Positions 41,753 through 51,567 are shown, counted from the stretch's first letter. The stretch: 64,000 nt of DNA from an uncultured Gemmatimonadaceae bacterium (GCA_964410055.1 CAYPGK010000001.1:4101-68100), one strand, 5' to 3'. Numbers and translations are program-made. The notes: a model not told the origin generated them from the letters alone.

Positions 41753-44700
41753 ATGAACGTGCCTGGACGGATCGCGCGAGCGCTCCGGAGCGGCTTGCCG
41801 GCGGTGCTGCTCGCCGCGTGTGCGCCGGCGGGCGTCGAGGCGCCCGCACCGACGCCCGCGCCGGTGAAGGCCGCGCCCGTCGCGCTTTCGACGAAGGCGG
41901 CGCCGGCGCCGGCCGCGAACCGGGTGCGGGTGCTGTTCCTGGGCGACAACGGGCATCACCGCCCGACGGAGCGGGCGAAGTCCGTGCTTCCGGTCCTGGC
42001 GCACAACGGGATCGACCTGTTCTACACGGACGACCCCGCGGACCTCTCGCCGGAGGTCCTGAAGGACTATCACACGCTCGTCTTCTACAACAACCAGCCG
42101 TGGATCTCGCGCGATCAGCTCGCGTCGCTGACGTCGTTCCTGGAGAACGGCGGCGGCCTGGTCGTGGTGCACTCGGCGTCGGCGTCGTTCCAGAATTCGG
42201 ATGAGTTCATCCGGATCGTGGGCGCGGCGTTCAAGAGCCACGGCACGGGCACGTTCCGGGCGAAGCGGGTGGCGGACCACCCCGTGGTGCAGGGTGTGCC
42301 GAACTTCGAGTCGTGGGACGAGACGTACATCCACACGAAGCACAATCCGGATCGCACGGTGCTCGAGGTACGCGTCGAGGACGGGCACGAGGAGCCGTAC
42401 ACCTGGGTGCGCAACTACGGCCAGGGCCGGGTCTTCTACACGGCCTGGGGCCACGACCACCGCACGTGGGGGAACGAGGGCTTCCAGCAGCTCCTGACGC
42501 AGGCGATCAAGTGGACGGCCGGGGACTGGGCCTTCAACCTGAAGGCCGCCGAGCCGACGCCGGCCACGACGAAGCTCGCCGTGCCGCTCCCGATCTACGA
42601 GCGGCCGCCGGCACCGTGGAACACGCTGGCCGGGTTCGTCGACTCGGCGCAGGTCCCGCTCGAGCCCGAGGAGTCGTACGCGCTCACGACGCTGCGGCCC
42701 GGCTTCCGTATCGAGCCGTTCGCCTCGGAGCCGATGATCCGCAACATCATGGACTTCACCTGGGACGAGCGCGGGCGGCTGTGGGTCGTCGAGTCCACCG
42801 ACTATCCGAACACCGTGCTCCCCGACGGTGAGCCGGGCGGCGACCGGATCCTGATCCTCGAGGACACGGACGGCGACGGCCAGGCGGACACGGTCAAGGT
42901 CTTCGCCGACGGGCTCAACCTCGCCACGTCGCTCGTGTTCGCGAACGGCGGGCTGATCGTGGCCCAGCCGCCGCACATCTTCTTCTTCAAGGACACGGAC
43001 GGCGACGACCGCGCCGACGAGAAGCGCATCCTCTTCTCCGGCTGGCCGCGCAACGACACGCACGGCTCGGTCAGCAACCTGCGCTACGGCTTCGACAACC
43101 AGGTCTGGGGCTCGGTCGGCTACAACGGCTTCCGCGGCGAGGTCGGCGGAGTTCGGTTCGGCCGCGGCTCGGATGCCATCCTCATGGGCGCCGGCTACTT
43201 CCGCTTCGGGCCGGACGGCTCGTACCTCGACTACGTCGCTCGGACGAGCAACAACACCTGGGGCGTCGGGCTGAGCGAGGACGGCCACGTCTTCGGCTCG
43301 ACGGCCAACCGCAACGCGAGCAACTTCGTCCACATCCCGGGCCGCTACTACCGCGAGCTGATCGGCCAGACGCCGACGCTCCCGCCGATCGCGGACCGGC
43401 AGGACGTCTTCCCGCTGCGCGACATCTTCCAGGTCGACCAGTTCGGGATGTACACGGCGGGCACGGCGCACGAGATCTACACGGCGCGCGCCTTCCCGCG
43501 CGAGTACTGGAACCGCGTCGCCTTCGTCGCGGATCCGACCGCCCACGCGGTCGGGATGTTCGAGCTGATCCCGGACGGGAGCGGCTACCGCGCGAAGAAC
43601 CGCTGGAACTTCATCGCGAGCCGCGACGGCTGGCAGTCGCCGATCCAGGTCAAGGTCGGCCCCGACGGCGCGCTCTGGGTCTCGGACTTCTACTCGCTGG
43701 TCGTGCAGCACAACCCGACGCCCGAGGGGATGGAGCGCGGGCCCGGCAACGCGTACGAAACGCCGAACCGCGACAAGGAGCGCGCCCGCATTTTCCGCGT
43801 CGTCTACGAGGGCGCGCCCGAGCCGGCGATCAAGAGCCTGGCCGACGCGACGCCGGCCGAGCTCGTCGCCGCGCTCCGCGACGACAACATGTTCTGGCGC
43901 TTCACGGCGCAGCGCCTCCTCGTCGAGCGGGGTGAGCGCGATGTCGTTCCGGCGCTCGTCGAGCTGGCGAGCGACCACACCATCGACGAGCTCGGGCTCA
44001 ACCCCGGCGCGCTGCACGCGCTCTGGACGCTCGAAGGCCTCGGCGCCCTCGAGAGCGATCCGCGCGCGCTCGAGGCGGCGCGCCGTGCGCTGCACCACCC
44101 GTCGGCCTCGCTGCGCCGCGCCGCGCTCATGATGCTGCCGCGCGACGGCCGACTGCTCGACGACATCTTCGCCGCCGGGATCCTCCCCGACCGCACGTCG
44201 CCTCACAAGGTCGACTACACGGTCGGGTCGGCGGTGCTGCAGGACGCGGACGCCCAGGTGCGTCTCACCGCGCTCCTCGCCCTCTCCGAGCTGCCCGCCT
44301 CGCCGCGGGCCACCTCGGCGATCGTCGAGCTGATGACCACGCCGCAGAACGCGCGCGACCGCTGGATGCCCGATGCCGCAGCCATCGCCGGCGTCCGGCA
44401 GGGGACCGACGTCGCCGTCGCGCTGCTGCGCTACCAGCCGCACGAGCGGCTCGCGCAGGACACCGCCTACATGGCCGGCATCGCTCGTACCGTCCAGCTC
44501 ATGGCGCACCATTTCGCCATGAAGCAGGACGTCGGCGCCCTGGTCACGCTGCTCGAGGCGGTCCCCGGCGCGAACACTCGCATCGCCGCAGGAGTACTTA
44601 CCGGTATCGCCGGCGGCCCCGCCGATGAACAGGGGCGCCAGCGCGGCGGTCCGGGCGGCTGGCCGGAGGGCACGCCGGCCGAGCTCACTGCCGCGCAGCG

Positions 44701-44809
44701 CACGTCGCTCGCGAACGTCGCCCGCCGCATCCCGGCGGAGCTGGCCGACGACTTCGCTCGCGTCGCGAGCCGCCTGGGCTTCGACCCGGCGGCCGGCGCC
44801 CGGCGGTGA
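41753..44809 (+). CDS. ThuA-domain / PVC-type membrane-bound-dehydrogenase-domain / HEAT-repeat lipoprotein, lacking the usual CxxCH heme domain
   Basis: ATG 41753. Lipobox VLLAAC. ThuA-like RVLFLGDNGHH...VVVHSASASF...FYTAWGHD. Middle propeller-like GRLWVVES...DTDGDGQAD. C-terminal HEAT-like repeats. The lipobox Cys is the only Cys in the protein. Confidence 0.8.
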   Translation: MNVPGRIARALRSGLPAVLLAACAPAGVEAPAPTPAPVKAAPVALSTKAAPAPAANRVRVLFLGDNGHHRPTERAKSVLPVLAHNGIDLFYTDDPADLSPEVLKDYHTLVFYNNQPWISRDQLASLTSFLENGGGLVVVHSASASFQNSDEFIRIVGAAFKSHGTGTFRAKRVADHPVVQGVPNFESWDETYIHTKHNPDRTVLEVRVEDGHEEPYTWVRNYGQGRVFYTAWGHDHRTWGNEGFQQLLTQAIKWTAGDWAFNLKAAEPTPATTKLAVPLPIYERPPAPWNTLAGFVDSAQVPLEPEESYALTTLRPGFRIEPFASEPMIRNIMDFTWDERGRLWVVESTDYPNTVLPDGEPGGDRILILEDTDGDGQADTVKVFADGLNLATSLVFANGGLIVAQPPHIFFFKDTDGDDRADEKRILFSGWPRNDTHGSVSNLRYGFDNQVWGSVGYNGFRGEVGGVRFGRGSDAILMGAGYFRFGPDGSYLDYVARTSNNTWGVGLSEDGHVFGSTANRNASNFVHIPGRYYRELIGQTPTLPPIADRQDVFPLRDIFQVDQFGMYTAGTAHEIYTARAFPREYWNRVAFVADPTAHAVGMFELIPDGSGYRAKNRWNFIASRDGWQSPIQVKVGPDGALWVSDFYSLVVQHNPTPEGMERGPGNAYETPNRDKERARIFRVVYEGAPEPAIKSLADATPAELVAALRDDNMFWRFTAQRLLVERGERDVVPALVELASDHTIDELGLNPGALHALWTLEGLGALESDPRALEAARRALHHPSASLRRAALMMLPRDGRLLDDIFAAGILPDRTSPHKVDYTVGSAVLQDADAQVRLTALLALSELPASPRATSAIVELMTTPQNARDRWMPDAAAIAGVRQGTDVAVALLRYQPHERLAQDTAYMAGIARTVQLMAHHFAMKQDVGALVTLLEAVPGANTRIAAGVLTGIAGGPADEQGRQRGGPGGWPEGTPAELTAAQRTSLANVARRIPAELADDFARVASRLGFDPAAGARR

Positions 44810-44846
44810 CCGCGCCTCCTGCAACACCGAACGTAGAGGTACCGAG

Positions 44847-45371
44847 ATGTTTCGTAGGGATCGATTCGCGTTCACTCGTCGGCACCGGGCACGCGGAGGG
44901 ATCCTCCCGCCGCTCCTGGCCGCCGCCGCGATCCTCTTCCTCGGCCAGGGCGCCCTGCACGCGCAGGCGCCCGCCGCCGAGCTGCCCCGGCCGGGCGCGC
45001 CGGTCGACACCGTCATCACCATCCGCACCACGGGCAGCAACCTCGAGTTCGCGCCCTCGCAGATCGCGGTGAAGGCAGGCACGCGCGTCCGTATTCGTTA
45101 CATCAACGACGGGACCCTCCCCCACAACATCGTGCTGGTGAAGGACGAGGCCGACATCGACATGCTCGGGATGGCCGCCTTCTCCGCCGGGGAGACCGGG
45201 TACGTCCCCGTCGAGCACGCCGACCGCATGTACGCCTACAGCGAGCTCGCCGTCCCCGGGACCACCGTCGAGATCGAGTTCACGGCTCCACCGCCGGGCG
45301 AGTACTTCTACGTGTGCCTCTACCCGGGTCACTACAACATGATGATCGGGACGCTGAGATCGCTCCCGTAG
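44847..45371 (+). CDS. type-1 (blue) copper cupredoxin, azurin-type ligand spacing
   Basis: ATG 44847, 38 nt after the upstream stop. Signal peptide with RR. Ligand candidates PHNIV...YVCLYPGHYNMM (C-x4-H-x3-M). Confidence 0.85.
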   Translation: MFRRDRFAFTRRHRARGGILPPLLAAAAILFLGQGALHAQAPAAELPRPGAPVDTVITIRTTGSNLEFAPSQIAVKAGTRVRIRYINDGTLPHNIVLVKDEADIDMLGMAAFSAGETGYVPVEHADRMYAYSELAVPGTTVEIEFTAPPPGEYFYVCLYPGHYNMMIGTLRSLP

Positions 45372-45382
45372 TACGGACGGAA

Positions 45383-45416
45383 GCCGGGTGCGTGGGCTCC
45401 TGCCCACGCACCCGGC
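45383..45416 (+). terminator. stem-loop after the cupredoxin gene
   Basis: 15-bp perfect stem GCCGGGTGCGTGGGC/GCCCACGCACCCGGC, loop TCCT. Confidence 0.65.
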
Positions 45417-45524
45417 GACCCTCCGCCTCCACCCACCGGACCGGGGCACCCCCGAACCCGCGATTCGAGTCACCGTCGCGCCGACTCGCCGCCCGTCCGC
45501 CCTAGCAACATCCGAGACAACGCT

Positions 45525-45537
45525 GGATATCGTATAG
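45525..45537. promoter_or_regulatory. dyad-motif site f (GGATATCGTATAG)
   Basis: 119 nt upstream of the GntR ATG. Confidence 0.45.
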
Positions 45538-45626
45538 AGTTCGGGGTATTTTTCTTCAGGTGACGTATGGTGTGGCGCAGCGTTCAGATCGCGGGTCCGT
45601 CGCGCTTGCGGCGCGGCCGGCGTGTG

Positions 45627-45639
45627 GGATATCCTATCC
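45627..45639. promoter_or_regulatory. dyad-motif site g (GGATATCCTATCC, perfect inverted repeat)
   Basis: 17 nt upstream of the GntR ATG. GGATA-TCC-TATCC is perfectly symmetric. Confidence 0.5.
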
Positions 45640-45655
45640 AAATCCCGAAAGGAGC

Positions 45656-46393
45656 ATGGCCATGACCAGGTCCAGCCAGGGCCAGACACGGACCAACACA
45701 GGGGTGCGTGGGGCAGGGAGCGCTGTGCCGCCGTTCCGGCGGCAGACGGTCGTGACGATGACGCTCGAGGCGCTGCGCGAGCGGATCCTGCGCGGCGATT
45801 ATCCCGAGGGTGCGCCGCTGCGGCAGGACGCGATCGCGGTCGAGTTCGGGGTGAGCCGGATCCCGGTCCGCGAGGCGCTGCGCCAGCTCGAGGCGGAGGG
45901 GCTGGTGACGATCAGCCCGCACCAGGGTGCGACGGTCTCGACGCTGTCGATCGACGAAGTACGTGAGTTGTTCGAGCTGCGGGCGTTGATCGAGTCGGAC
46001 CTTCTCCGTCGGGCGATTCCGCAACTGACGGAATCGGATCTGAAGCGAGCGGCGGAGATCCTGACGAAGTACGAGGAGGCGTTCCGCAGCGGCGACGTGA
46101 GTGCGTGGGGGGAGCTGAACTGGGAGTTCCACTCGACGCTGCTCACGCCGGCGGAGCGGCCGCTCACGATGGGGGTCGTGGAGAGTCTGCAGAACCAGAG
46201 CGACCGGTACATCCGGCTGCAGCTCTCGCTGACGGGTGGGCAGTCGCGGGCGAACGACGAGCATCACGCGATCCTGGACGCGGTGCGTCACGAGGAGGTG
46301 GACCGCGCGTGTGCGCTCCTGGCGGCGCACATCACGGGAGCGGGCCGCTCGCTCGTGAACTTCCTGCGGGAGCACCGGGGCCTGGACGGGTGA
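45656..46393 (+). CDS. GntR family transcriptional regulator (FadR/FCD subfamily)
   Basis: ATG 45656 after AAAGGAG. Winged HTH AVEFGVSRIPVREALRQLEAEGLV and a helical FCD-like C-domain. Confidence 0.9.
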   Translation: MAMTRSSQGQTRTNTGVRGAGSAVPPFRRQTVVTMTLEALRERILRGDYPEGAPLRQDAIAVEFGVSRIPVREALRQLEAEGLVTISPHQGATVSTLSIDEVRELFELRALIESDLLRRAIPQLTESDLKRAAEILTKYEEAFRSGDVSAWGELNWEFHSTLLTPAERPLTMGVVESLQNQSDRYIRLQLSLTGGQSRANDEHHAILDAVRHEEVDRACALLAAHITGAGRSLVNFLREHRGLDG

Positions 46394-46445
46394 GCGTCCG
46401 TCGTCGGGACCCGGAGACGAATCGAAGAGGGCTCGGCAGGCCGGC

Positions 46446-47903
46446 ATGGCAGTGATCACGGAAACGAAGCCCGTGCGGTCGTACATCGGCGGGCATTTCA
46501 GGGAGAGCGGGTCGGACCGCTACATCCCGAGCATCAACCCGTCGGACAGCGGGAACGTGGTGGCGCGGGTCCCGGAGGGCACGCCGGAGGACGTGGAGCT
46601 GGCTGTGGCCGCGGCGGCGGGTGCGCTGGATGGCTGGCGTCGCATGTCGGGTCCGGCGCGGGCGGAGCATCTGTACCGCTGGGCCGGTGTGATCGAGGCG
46701 CGCCGTGAGGAGCTGGCGCGCGCGGTCGTGCGCGAGGTCGGCAAGCCGATCGTCGAGGCGCGTGGCGAGGTCCAGCGGTGCGTGGTGATCCTGCGGTATT
46801 ACGCGGGCGAGGCGGTTCGCGGGGTGGGGGAGGTGATCCCCGCGCAGGGGGAGGGGATGCTGCAGTTCACGCTGCGCGAGCCGCTGGGCGTGGTGGCGCT
46901 GGTCACGCCGTGGAACTTCCCCGTCGCGATCCCGCTCTGGAAGGCCGCGCCGGCGCTCGCATTCGGCAACACGGTCGTGCTGAAGCCGGCCGAGCAGTCC
47001 TCCCACGTGGCCGAGCTGCTCGCCGAGACGGCGCACGATGCGGAGCTCCCGCCGGGCGTCTTCAACGTGCTCCCCGGCGCGGGCGGCGTGGTGGGCGAGG
47101 CGCTGCTGCGGTCGGAGGCGGTGCGGGGGATCAGCTTCACCGGCTCGACGACGGTGGGCGCGCGCGTCGCCGCGATCGCTGCGGAGCGCAACGTCCGCTA
47201 CCAGACGGAGATGGGCGGCAAGAACGTGGCGATCGTGGCGGCGGATGCGGACCTCGCGCACGCCGCGCGCCTGACCGCCGCAGGCGCGATGCGCTACGCC
47301 GGGCAGAAGTGCACGGCGACGAGCCGGGTCGTGGTGGTGAAGGACGTTGCCGAGAAGTTCCTCGGGCTGCTCGCCGACGAGATCGCATCGCTGCCGCTCG
47401 GGCCGGTCGACGATGCGGCGGCGGCGGTCGGCCCGCTGATCAGTGAGGCGGCGCTCGAGCGGGTCCGCGATGCGCTCGCCGGTGCGGGCGGTGAGGTGGT
47501 GCGGGGCGGCGCCGCGCCGGCGGATCCGCGCTTCGCCCGGGGCTACTTCATCGAGCCGGCGCTGGTACGCGACGTCGCGCCCGACTCGCGGCTCGCGCAG
47601 GACGAGATCTTCGGGCCGGTCCTGGCCGCGTTCGTCGCAGAGGACCTGGACGAAGCGATCGAGCTGGCGAACCGTACGCGCTACGGGCTGAGCGCGTCGC
47701 TCTTCACGCGTGACCTCGGCTCGGCGCTCGACTACATCCGCCGCATCGAGGTCGGGCTGGTCCGGGTCAACGGCGACACGACGGGCGTCGACCCGCACGC
47801 GCCGTTCGGCGGGCTGAAAGCGTCGAGCTCCGGCAGCCGCGAGCAGGGTCCCGCGGCGCGGGAGTTCTACACGGAAATCAAGACGGTGCAGATCCAGGGG
47901 TGA
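46446..47903 (+). CDS. NAD(P)-dependent aldehyde dehydrogenase (candidate alpha-ketoglutarate semialdehyde dehydrogenase)
   Basis: ALDH motifs VTPWNFP, EMGGKN and catalytic GQKCTATSR. The specific role is inferred from neighbours. Confidence 0.9.
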   Translation: MAVITETKPVRSYIGGHFRESGSDRYIPSINPSDSGNVVARVPEGTPEDVELAVAAAAGALDGWRRMSGPARAEHLYRWAGVIEARREELARAVVREVGKPIVEARGEVQRCVVILRYYAGEAVRGVGEVIPAQGEGMLQFTLREPLGVVALVTPWNFPVAIPLWKAAPALAFGNTVVLKPAEQSSHVAELLAETAHDAELPPGVFNVLPGAGGVVGEALLRSEAVRGISFTGSTTVGARVAAIAAERNVRYQTEMGGKNVAIVAADADLAHAARLTAAGAMRYAGQKCTATSRVVVVKDVAEKFLGLLADEIASLPLGPVDDAAAAVGPLISEAALERVRDALAGAGGEVVRGGAAPADPRFARGYFIEPALVRDVAPDSRLAQDEIFGPVLAAFVAEDLDEAIELANRTRYGLSASLFTRDLGSALDYIRRIEVGLVRVNGDTTGVDPHAPFGGLKASSSGSREQGPAAREFYTEIKTVQIQG

Positions 47904-47922
47904 TCCCCGAGGCAGGTCGGTA

Positions 47923-48873
47923 GTGGAGTTTCCTGAAACGATCAAGGTGGTCGACTCGCACACGGAGGGCGAGCCGACGCGTGTGGTGATCGAGGGTTGG
48001 CCTCTCCCCGAAGGCCGGACGATGGCCGAGCGCCGCGAGGACGTGGCGAAGCGGTTCGACCACCTTCGCAGCGCGGTCGTGCGCGAGCCGCGAGGTCACG
48101 AGGCGGTCGTGGGCGCGCTGCTCACTCCGCCGGTCGAGCCCGGCTCGGCGGCGGGCGTCATCTTCTTCAACAACGTCGGCTACCTCGGGATGTGCGGCCA
48201 CGGTCTGATCGGCGTGGTGCGTACGCTCGAGCACCTGGGCCGTCTTTCGCCCGGGCCGGTCCGGATCGACACCCCGGTGGGCACGGTCGGCGCGGAGCTG
48301 GGCGAGGGGGGCGCGGTCACGATCCGCAACGTGCCCGCCTACGCCCACGCGCTGGACGTGGCCGTGGAGGTGCCCGGCGTAGGCCGCGTGGTGGGCGACG
48401 TGGCGTGGGGCGGCAACTGGTTCTTCATCACCGAGCTCCCCGACGTGCCGCTCGAGCTCGCTCGCCTCGACGAGCTCATGCGCGCGACGCGGGCGATCCT
48501 GGACTCACTCGGGCCGCAGGGCGTGACGGGCGCGGAGAGCGGCGTGATCGACCACGTCGAGCTGACCGGCGCGCCGTCGGGCCCGGACGTGGATGCGCGC
48601 AACTTCGTCCTGTGTCCGGGCGGCGAGTACGACCGTTCGCCGTGCGGGACGGGGACCTCGGCGAAGATGGCGGCGCTGCACGCGCGCGGCGAGCTCGAAC
48701 CCGGCCAGGAGTGGCGCCAGGAGAGCATCACCGGCGGCCGCTTCACCGGCTGGCTCACGCGCGAAGGCGACGCGCTCGTCCCCTGGATCCGGGGCCGCGC
48801 CTTCGTGACCGGCGAGACCGTGCTGCGTTTCGACCCCGCGGACCCGTTCCGCGGCGGTTTCGGTCCCGCGTGA
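47923..48873 (+). CDS. 4-hydroxyproline 2-epimerase (proline racemase family)
   Basis: GTG 47923. VVDSHTEGEPTRVV. Both catalytic Cys are present (GMCGHG and SPCGTGTSA), which is the racemase/epimerase pattern rather than the dehydratase pattern. Confidence 0.9.
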   Translation: MEFPETIKVVDSHTEGEPTRVVIEGWPLPEGRTMAERREDVAKRFDHLRSAVVREPRGHEAVVGALLTPPVEPGSAAGVIFFNNVGYLGMCGHGLIGVVRTLEHLGRLSPGPVRIDTPVGTVGAELGEGGAVTIRNVPAYAHALDVAVEVPGVGRVVGDVAWGGNWFFITELPDVPLELARLDELMRATRAILDSLGPQGVTGAESGVIDHVELTGAPSGPDVDARNFVLCPGGEYDRSPCGTGTSAKMAALHARGELEPGQEWRQESITGGRFTGWLTREGDALVPWIRGRAFVTGETVLRFDPADPFRGGFGPA

Positions 48874-49988
48874 TGGCGCGGCCGGACGCGATCGTCGTCG
48901 GCGGCGGGATCGTCGGCGCCGCGTGCGCCTACGAGCTGGCCCGCGCCGGAATGCGGGTGCTGGTGCTGGACGCCGCGTGCGTCGGCGGCGGGACGACGGC
49001 CGCAGGGATGGGGCACGTCGTCGTCATGGACGACTCCGAGGCGCAGTTCGCGCTCTCGGCGTATTCGACCCGGCTCTGGCACGAGCTCGAGGCGGAGCTG
49101 CCGCGCGCGGCGGAGGTCGACCCGTGCGGCACGCTCTGGGTCGCGGAGGACGACGAGCAGTTCGAGGCGGTGCACGCGAAGCACGCCTTCTACACGTCGC
49201 GCGGCGTCGAGACGGAGGTCATCGACGGCGCCGAGGTCGCGCGGCTGGAGCCGAACCTGCGCGCGCCGCTCGCCGGCGCGCTCCGCGTCCCCGGCGACCG
49301 GGTGATCTACCCGCCTTTCGTTGCGCGCTGGCTCGTGGACCGCGCGCGAGACCTGGGCGCCACCCTCCGTGAGGGGGTCGCGGCCGAGCGTCTCGAGGAC
49401 CGGGCCGTCGTCGCGGGCGGCGAGCGGCTCGAGGCCGACGTCGTGATCAACGCGGCCGGCGCGGCCGCCGCCCGACTCATTCCCGAACTGCCGATCGTGC
49501 CCCGCAAGGGGCACCTCGCCATTACGGACCGCTACCCCGGCTTCTGCCGCCATCAGCTCGTCGAGCTGGGCTACCTCAAGAGCGCACACACGATGACGAC
49601 GGAGTCGGTGGCGTTCAACGTCCAGCCGCGCGCGACGGGTCAGCTCCTGATCGGCTCGTCGCGCGAGCTGGTGGGGTGGGACGCGTCGCAGAACCGTTCG
49701 ATCCTTCGGCGGATGCTCCGGCGGGCGACGGAGTTCATGCCCGGCCTCGCGCGGCTGACGGTGATCCGGACGTGGGTCGGCTTCCGCCCGGCGACGCCGG
49801 ACAACCTCCCGCTGATCGGGCGCTGGCCGGCGCTGGAGGGCGCGTGGATCGCCGCGGGGCACGAGGGCCTCGGGATCACGACGTCGCTCGGCACGGCGCG
49901 GCTCCTGGCCGACCAGATCCTCGGCCGCGATCCGGCGATCGATCCCGCGCCGTTCTCGCCCGACCGCGTGCTGGCGGTCCACGAGTAG
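48873..49988 (+). CDS. FAD-dependent oxidoreductase, DAO family (candidate D-hydroxyproline dehydrogenase beta subunit)
   Basis: ATG 48873 overlaps the upstream TGA (ATGA). Dinucleotide fold AIVVGGGIVGAACAYELA. Trimmed from ORF 47997..49988. Confidence 0.85.
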   Translation: MARPDAIVVGGGIVGAACAYELARAGMRVLVLDAACVGGGTTAAGMGHVVVMDDSEAQFALSAYSTRLWHELEAELPRAAEVDPCGTLWVAEDDEQFEAVHAKHAFYTSRGVETEVIDGAEVARLEPNLRAPLAGALRVPGDRVIYPPFVARWLVDRARDLGATLREGVAAERLEDRAVVAGGERLEADVVINAAGAAAARLIPELPIVPRKGHLAITDRYPGFCRHQLVELGYLKSAHTMTTESVAFNVQPRATGQLLIGSSRELVGWDASQNRSILRRMLRRATEFMPGLARLTVIRTWVGFRPATPDNLPLIGRWPALEGAWIAAGHEGLGITTSLGTARLLADQILGRDPAIDPAPFSPDRVLAVHE

Positions 49989-50003
49989 CAAGGAAGCAGG
50001 AAG

Positions 50004-50252
50004 ATGGTCTCCGAAGTCGAAATCGAGGTCGACGGCCGCGTGGTCCGCGCGCCGGCGGATGCGAGCGTCGCGGCGGTGCTCCTCTCCATTGGAGCCGGCG
50101 CGTTTCGTCGGTCGGTCACGGGCGAGGCGCGCCTGCCGCTGTGCGGGATGGGCACCTGTCAGGAGTGCCGCGTCACGATCGACGGCGTCGCGCACCGCCG
50201 GGCGTGCCTGACGCCGGTCCGCGCCGGGATGAGGGTCTCGACCGATGGCTGA
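50004..50252 (+). CDS. (2Fe-2S)-binding small subunit (candidate D-hydroxyproline dehydrogenase gamma subunit)
   Basis: 82 aa. Cys cluster LCGMGTCQECRV...RRAC, as in HcnA/sarcosine-oxidase-type small subunits. Confidence 0.8.
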   Translation: MVSEVEIEVDGRVVRAPADASVAAVLLSIGAGAFRRSVTGEARLPLCGMGTCQECRVTIDGVAHRRACLTPVRAGMRVSTDG

Positions 50253-51531
50253 GCGGGCGATTCGGGCGGAGATCGCCGTCGTCGGCGCAGGGCCGGCCGG
50301 TATCGCGGCGGCGGCACGCGCGGCGGAGGCCGGACGCGACGTCGTCGTCCTCGACGCCTCGCCGCGCCCCGGCGGGCAGATCTGGCGGCACCGTCGGCGC
50401 GACGAGCTGCCGGAGCAGGCGCGCACCTGGCTCGAGCGGTTCGACCGGTCGGGCGCGAAGCTGGTTTCGGGCGCGCAGGTGGTCGACGCGTGGGGCGCCG
50501 CGCCGGAAGGGCTCCACCTCCTGGCGGAGGCCGACGGCGAGCGCCTCGAGGTTTCGGCCGACCGGGTGATCCTGGCCACGGGCGCGCGCGAGCTCTTCCT
50601 CCCCTTCCCCGGCTGGACGCTCCCCAACGTCTTCGGCGTGGGCGGCGCGCAGGCGCTCCTCAAGGCGGGCACCCCGTTCGAGGGGAAGCGGGTCGTCGTC
50701 GCGGGCTCCGGTCCCCTGCTCCTCGCGGTCGGGGCGGCGCTCGTTGCGAAAGGCGCGCGCGTGTCGGTCGTGGCCGAACAGGCCGGCCGCGCGGCGCTCG
50801 CGCGCTTCGGCGCGACGCTGGTCCGCACGCCCGGCCGGATCCTCCAGGCCGCACGCCTCCGCTCCGAGCTCGGCGGCGCGCGCTACGCCATCGGCTGCTG
50901 GGTCACCCGCGCCGATGGCGACGACGCCGTGCGCGAGGTCACCCTCACCGACGGCCGCCGGAGCTGGACCGAGCCGTGCGACGTCCTCTGCACCGGCTAC
51001 GGGCTCGTCCCGAACACCGAACTCGCCGAGATGCTCGGCTGCATCGTGGACGGCGGAAAAGTCCGGGTCGATGCCTGGCAGCGCGCCTCGGTCGCCGGGG
51101 TGTACTGCGCGGGCGAGCCGACGGGGATCGCCGGCGTCGACGCCGCGCTCGCCGAGGGCGAGATCGCGGCGGCCCACGCCGTCGGCGCGGCCGACGACCG
51201 CCGGCGCCTCTTCGCCGTGCGGCGCCGTGAGCACCGCATCGCGCGCGCTCTCGAGCGGGCCTTCGCCCCGCGCGCCGAGCTCCGCGACCTGCCCCGGGAC
51301 GACACGATCCTCTGTCGCTGCGAGGACGTCACCCGCGAGATGGTCGACGCCGCCTGGTCGTTCCGTCAGGCCAAGCTCTACACCCGCATCGGGATGGGGC
51401 CGTGCCAGGCGCGGGTGTGCGGGCCCGCCTGCGCGTTCCTCTTCGGATGGAGCGGCCAGGCGACGCGCCTGCCCACGTCGCCGGCGGAGATCGGGATGCT
51501 CGCGGGCGAAGCCGCCGGAAACGAAGGTTAG
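50245..51531 (+). CDS. FAD/NAD(P)-binding pyridine-nucleotide oxidoreductase with BFD-like [2Fe-2S] segment (candidate D-hydroxyproline dehydrogenase alpha subunit)
   Basis: IAVVGAGPAGIAAAARA and VVVAGSGPLLLAVGAAL dinucleotide folds. C-terminal CRCEDVT...GPCQARVCG. 8-nt overlap with the upstream gene. Confidence 0.85.
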   Translation: MAERAIRAEIAVVGAGPAGIAAAARAAEAGRDVVVLDASPRPGGQIWRHRRRDELPEQARTWLERFDRSGAKLVSGAQVVDAWGAAPEGLHLLAEADGERLEVSADRVILATGARELFLPFPGWTLPNVFGVGGAQALLKAGTPFEGKRVVVAGSGPLLLAVGAALVAKGARVSVVAEQAGRAALARFGATLVRTPGRILQAARLRSELGGARYAIGCWVTRADGDDAVREVTLTDGRRSWTEPCDVLCTGYGLVPNTELAEMLGCIVDGGKVRVDAWQRASVAGVYCAGEPTGIAGVDAALAEGEIAAAHAVGAADDRRRLFAVRRREHRIARALERAFAPRAELRDLPRDDTILCRCEDVTREMVDAAWSFRQAKLYTRIGMGPCQARVCGPACAFLFGWSGQATRLPTSPAEIGMLAGEAAGNEG

Positions 51532-51536
51532 GGTGG

Positions 51537-51566
51537 GTCGGGGCGCCGCGCGCGTGGCGCCCCGAC
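51537..51566. terminator. bidirectional stem-loop between the hydroxyproline operon and the PBP1A gene
   Basis: 11-bp stem GTCGGGGCGCC/GGCGCCCCGAC, 8-nt loop, placed exactly between the two convergent stop codons. Confidence 0.65.
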
Positions 51567-51567
51567 G

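Noticed and set aside
41636-45082. Very long antisense or overlapping ORFs. Examples: 41636..45082 (1148 aa), 7982..10528, 35240..37915, 48339..50828, 639..1757, 51949..53349, 61437..63164.
   Set aside because: Their translations are extreme in Arg/Pro/Gly/Ala, lack any motif, and lie opposite genes with clear family signatures. Stop codons are rare in off-frames of a ~70% GC genome, so these are expected artefacts.
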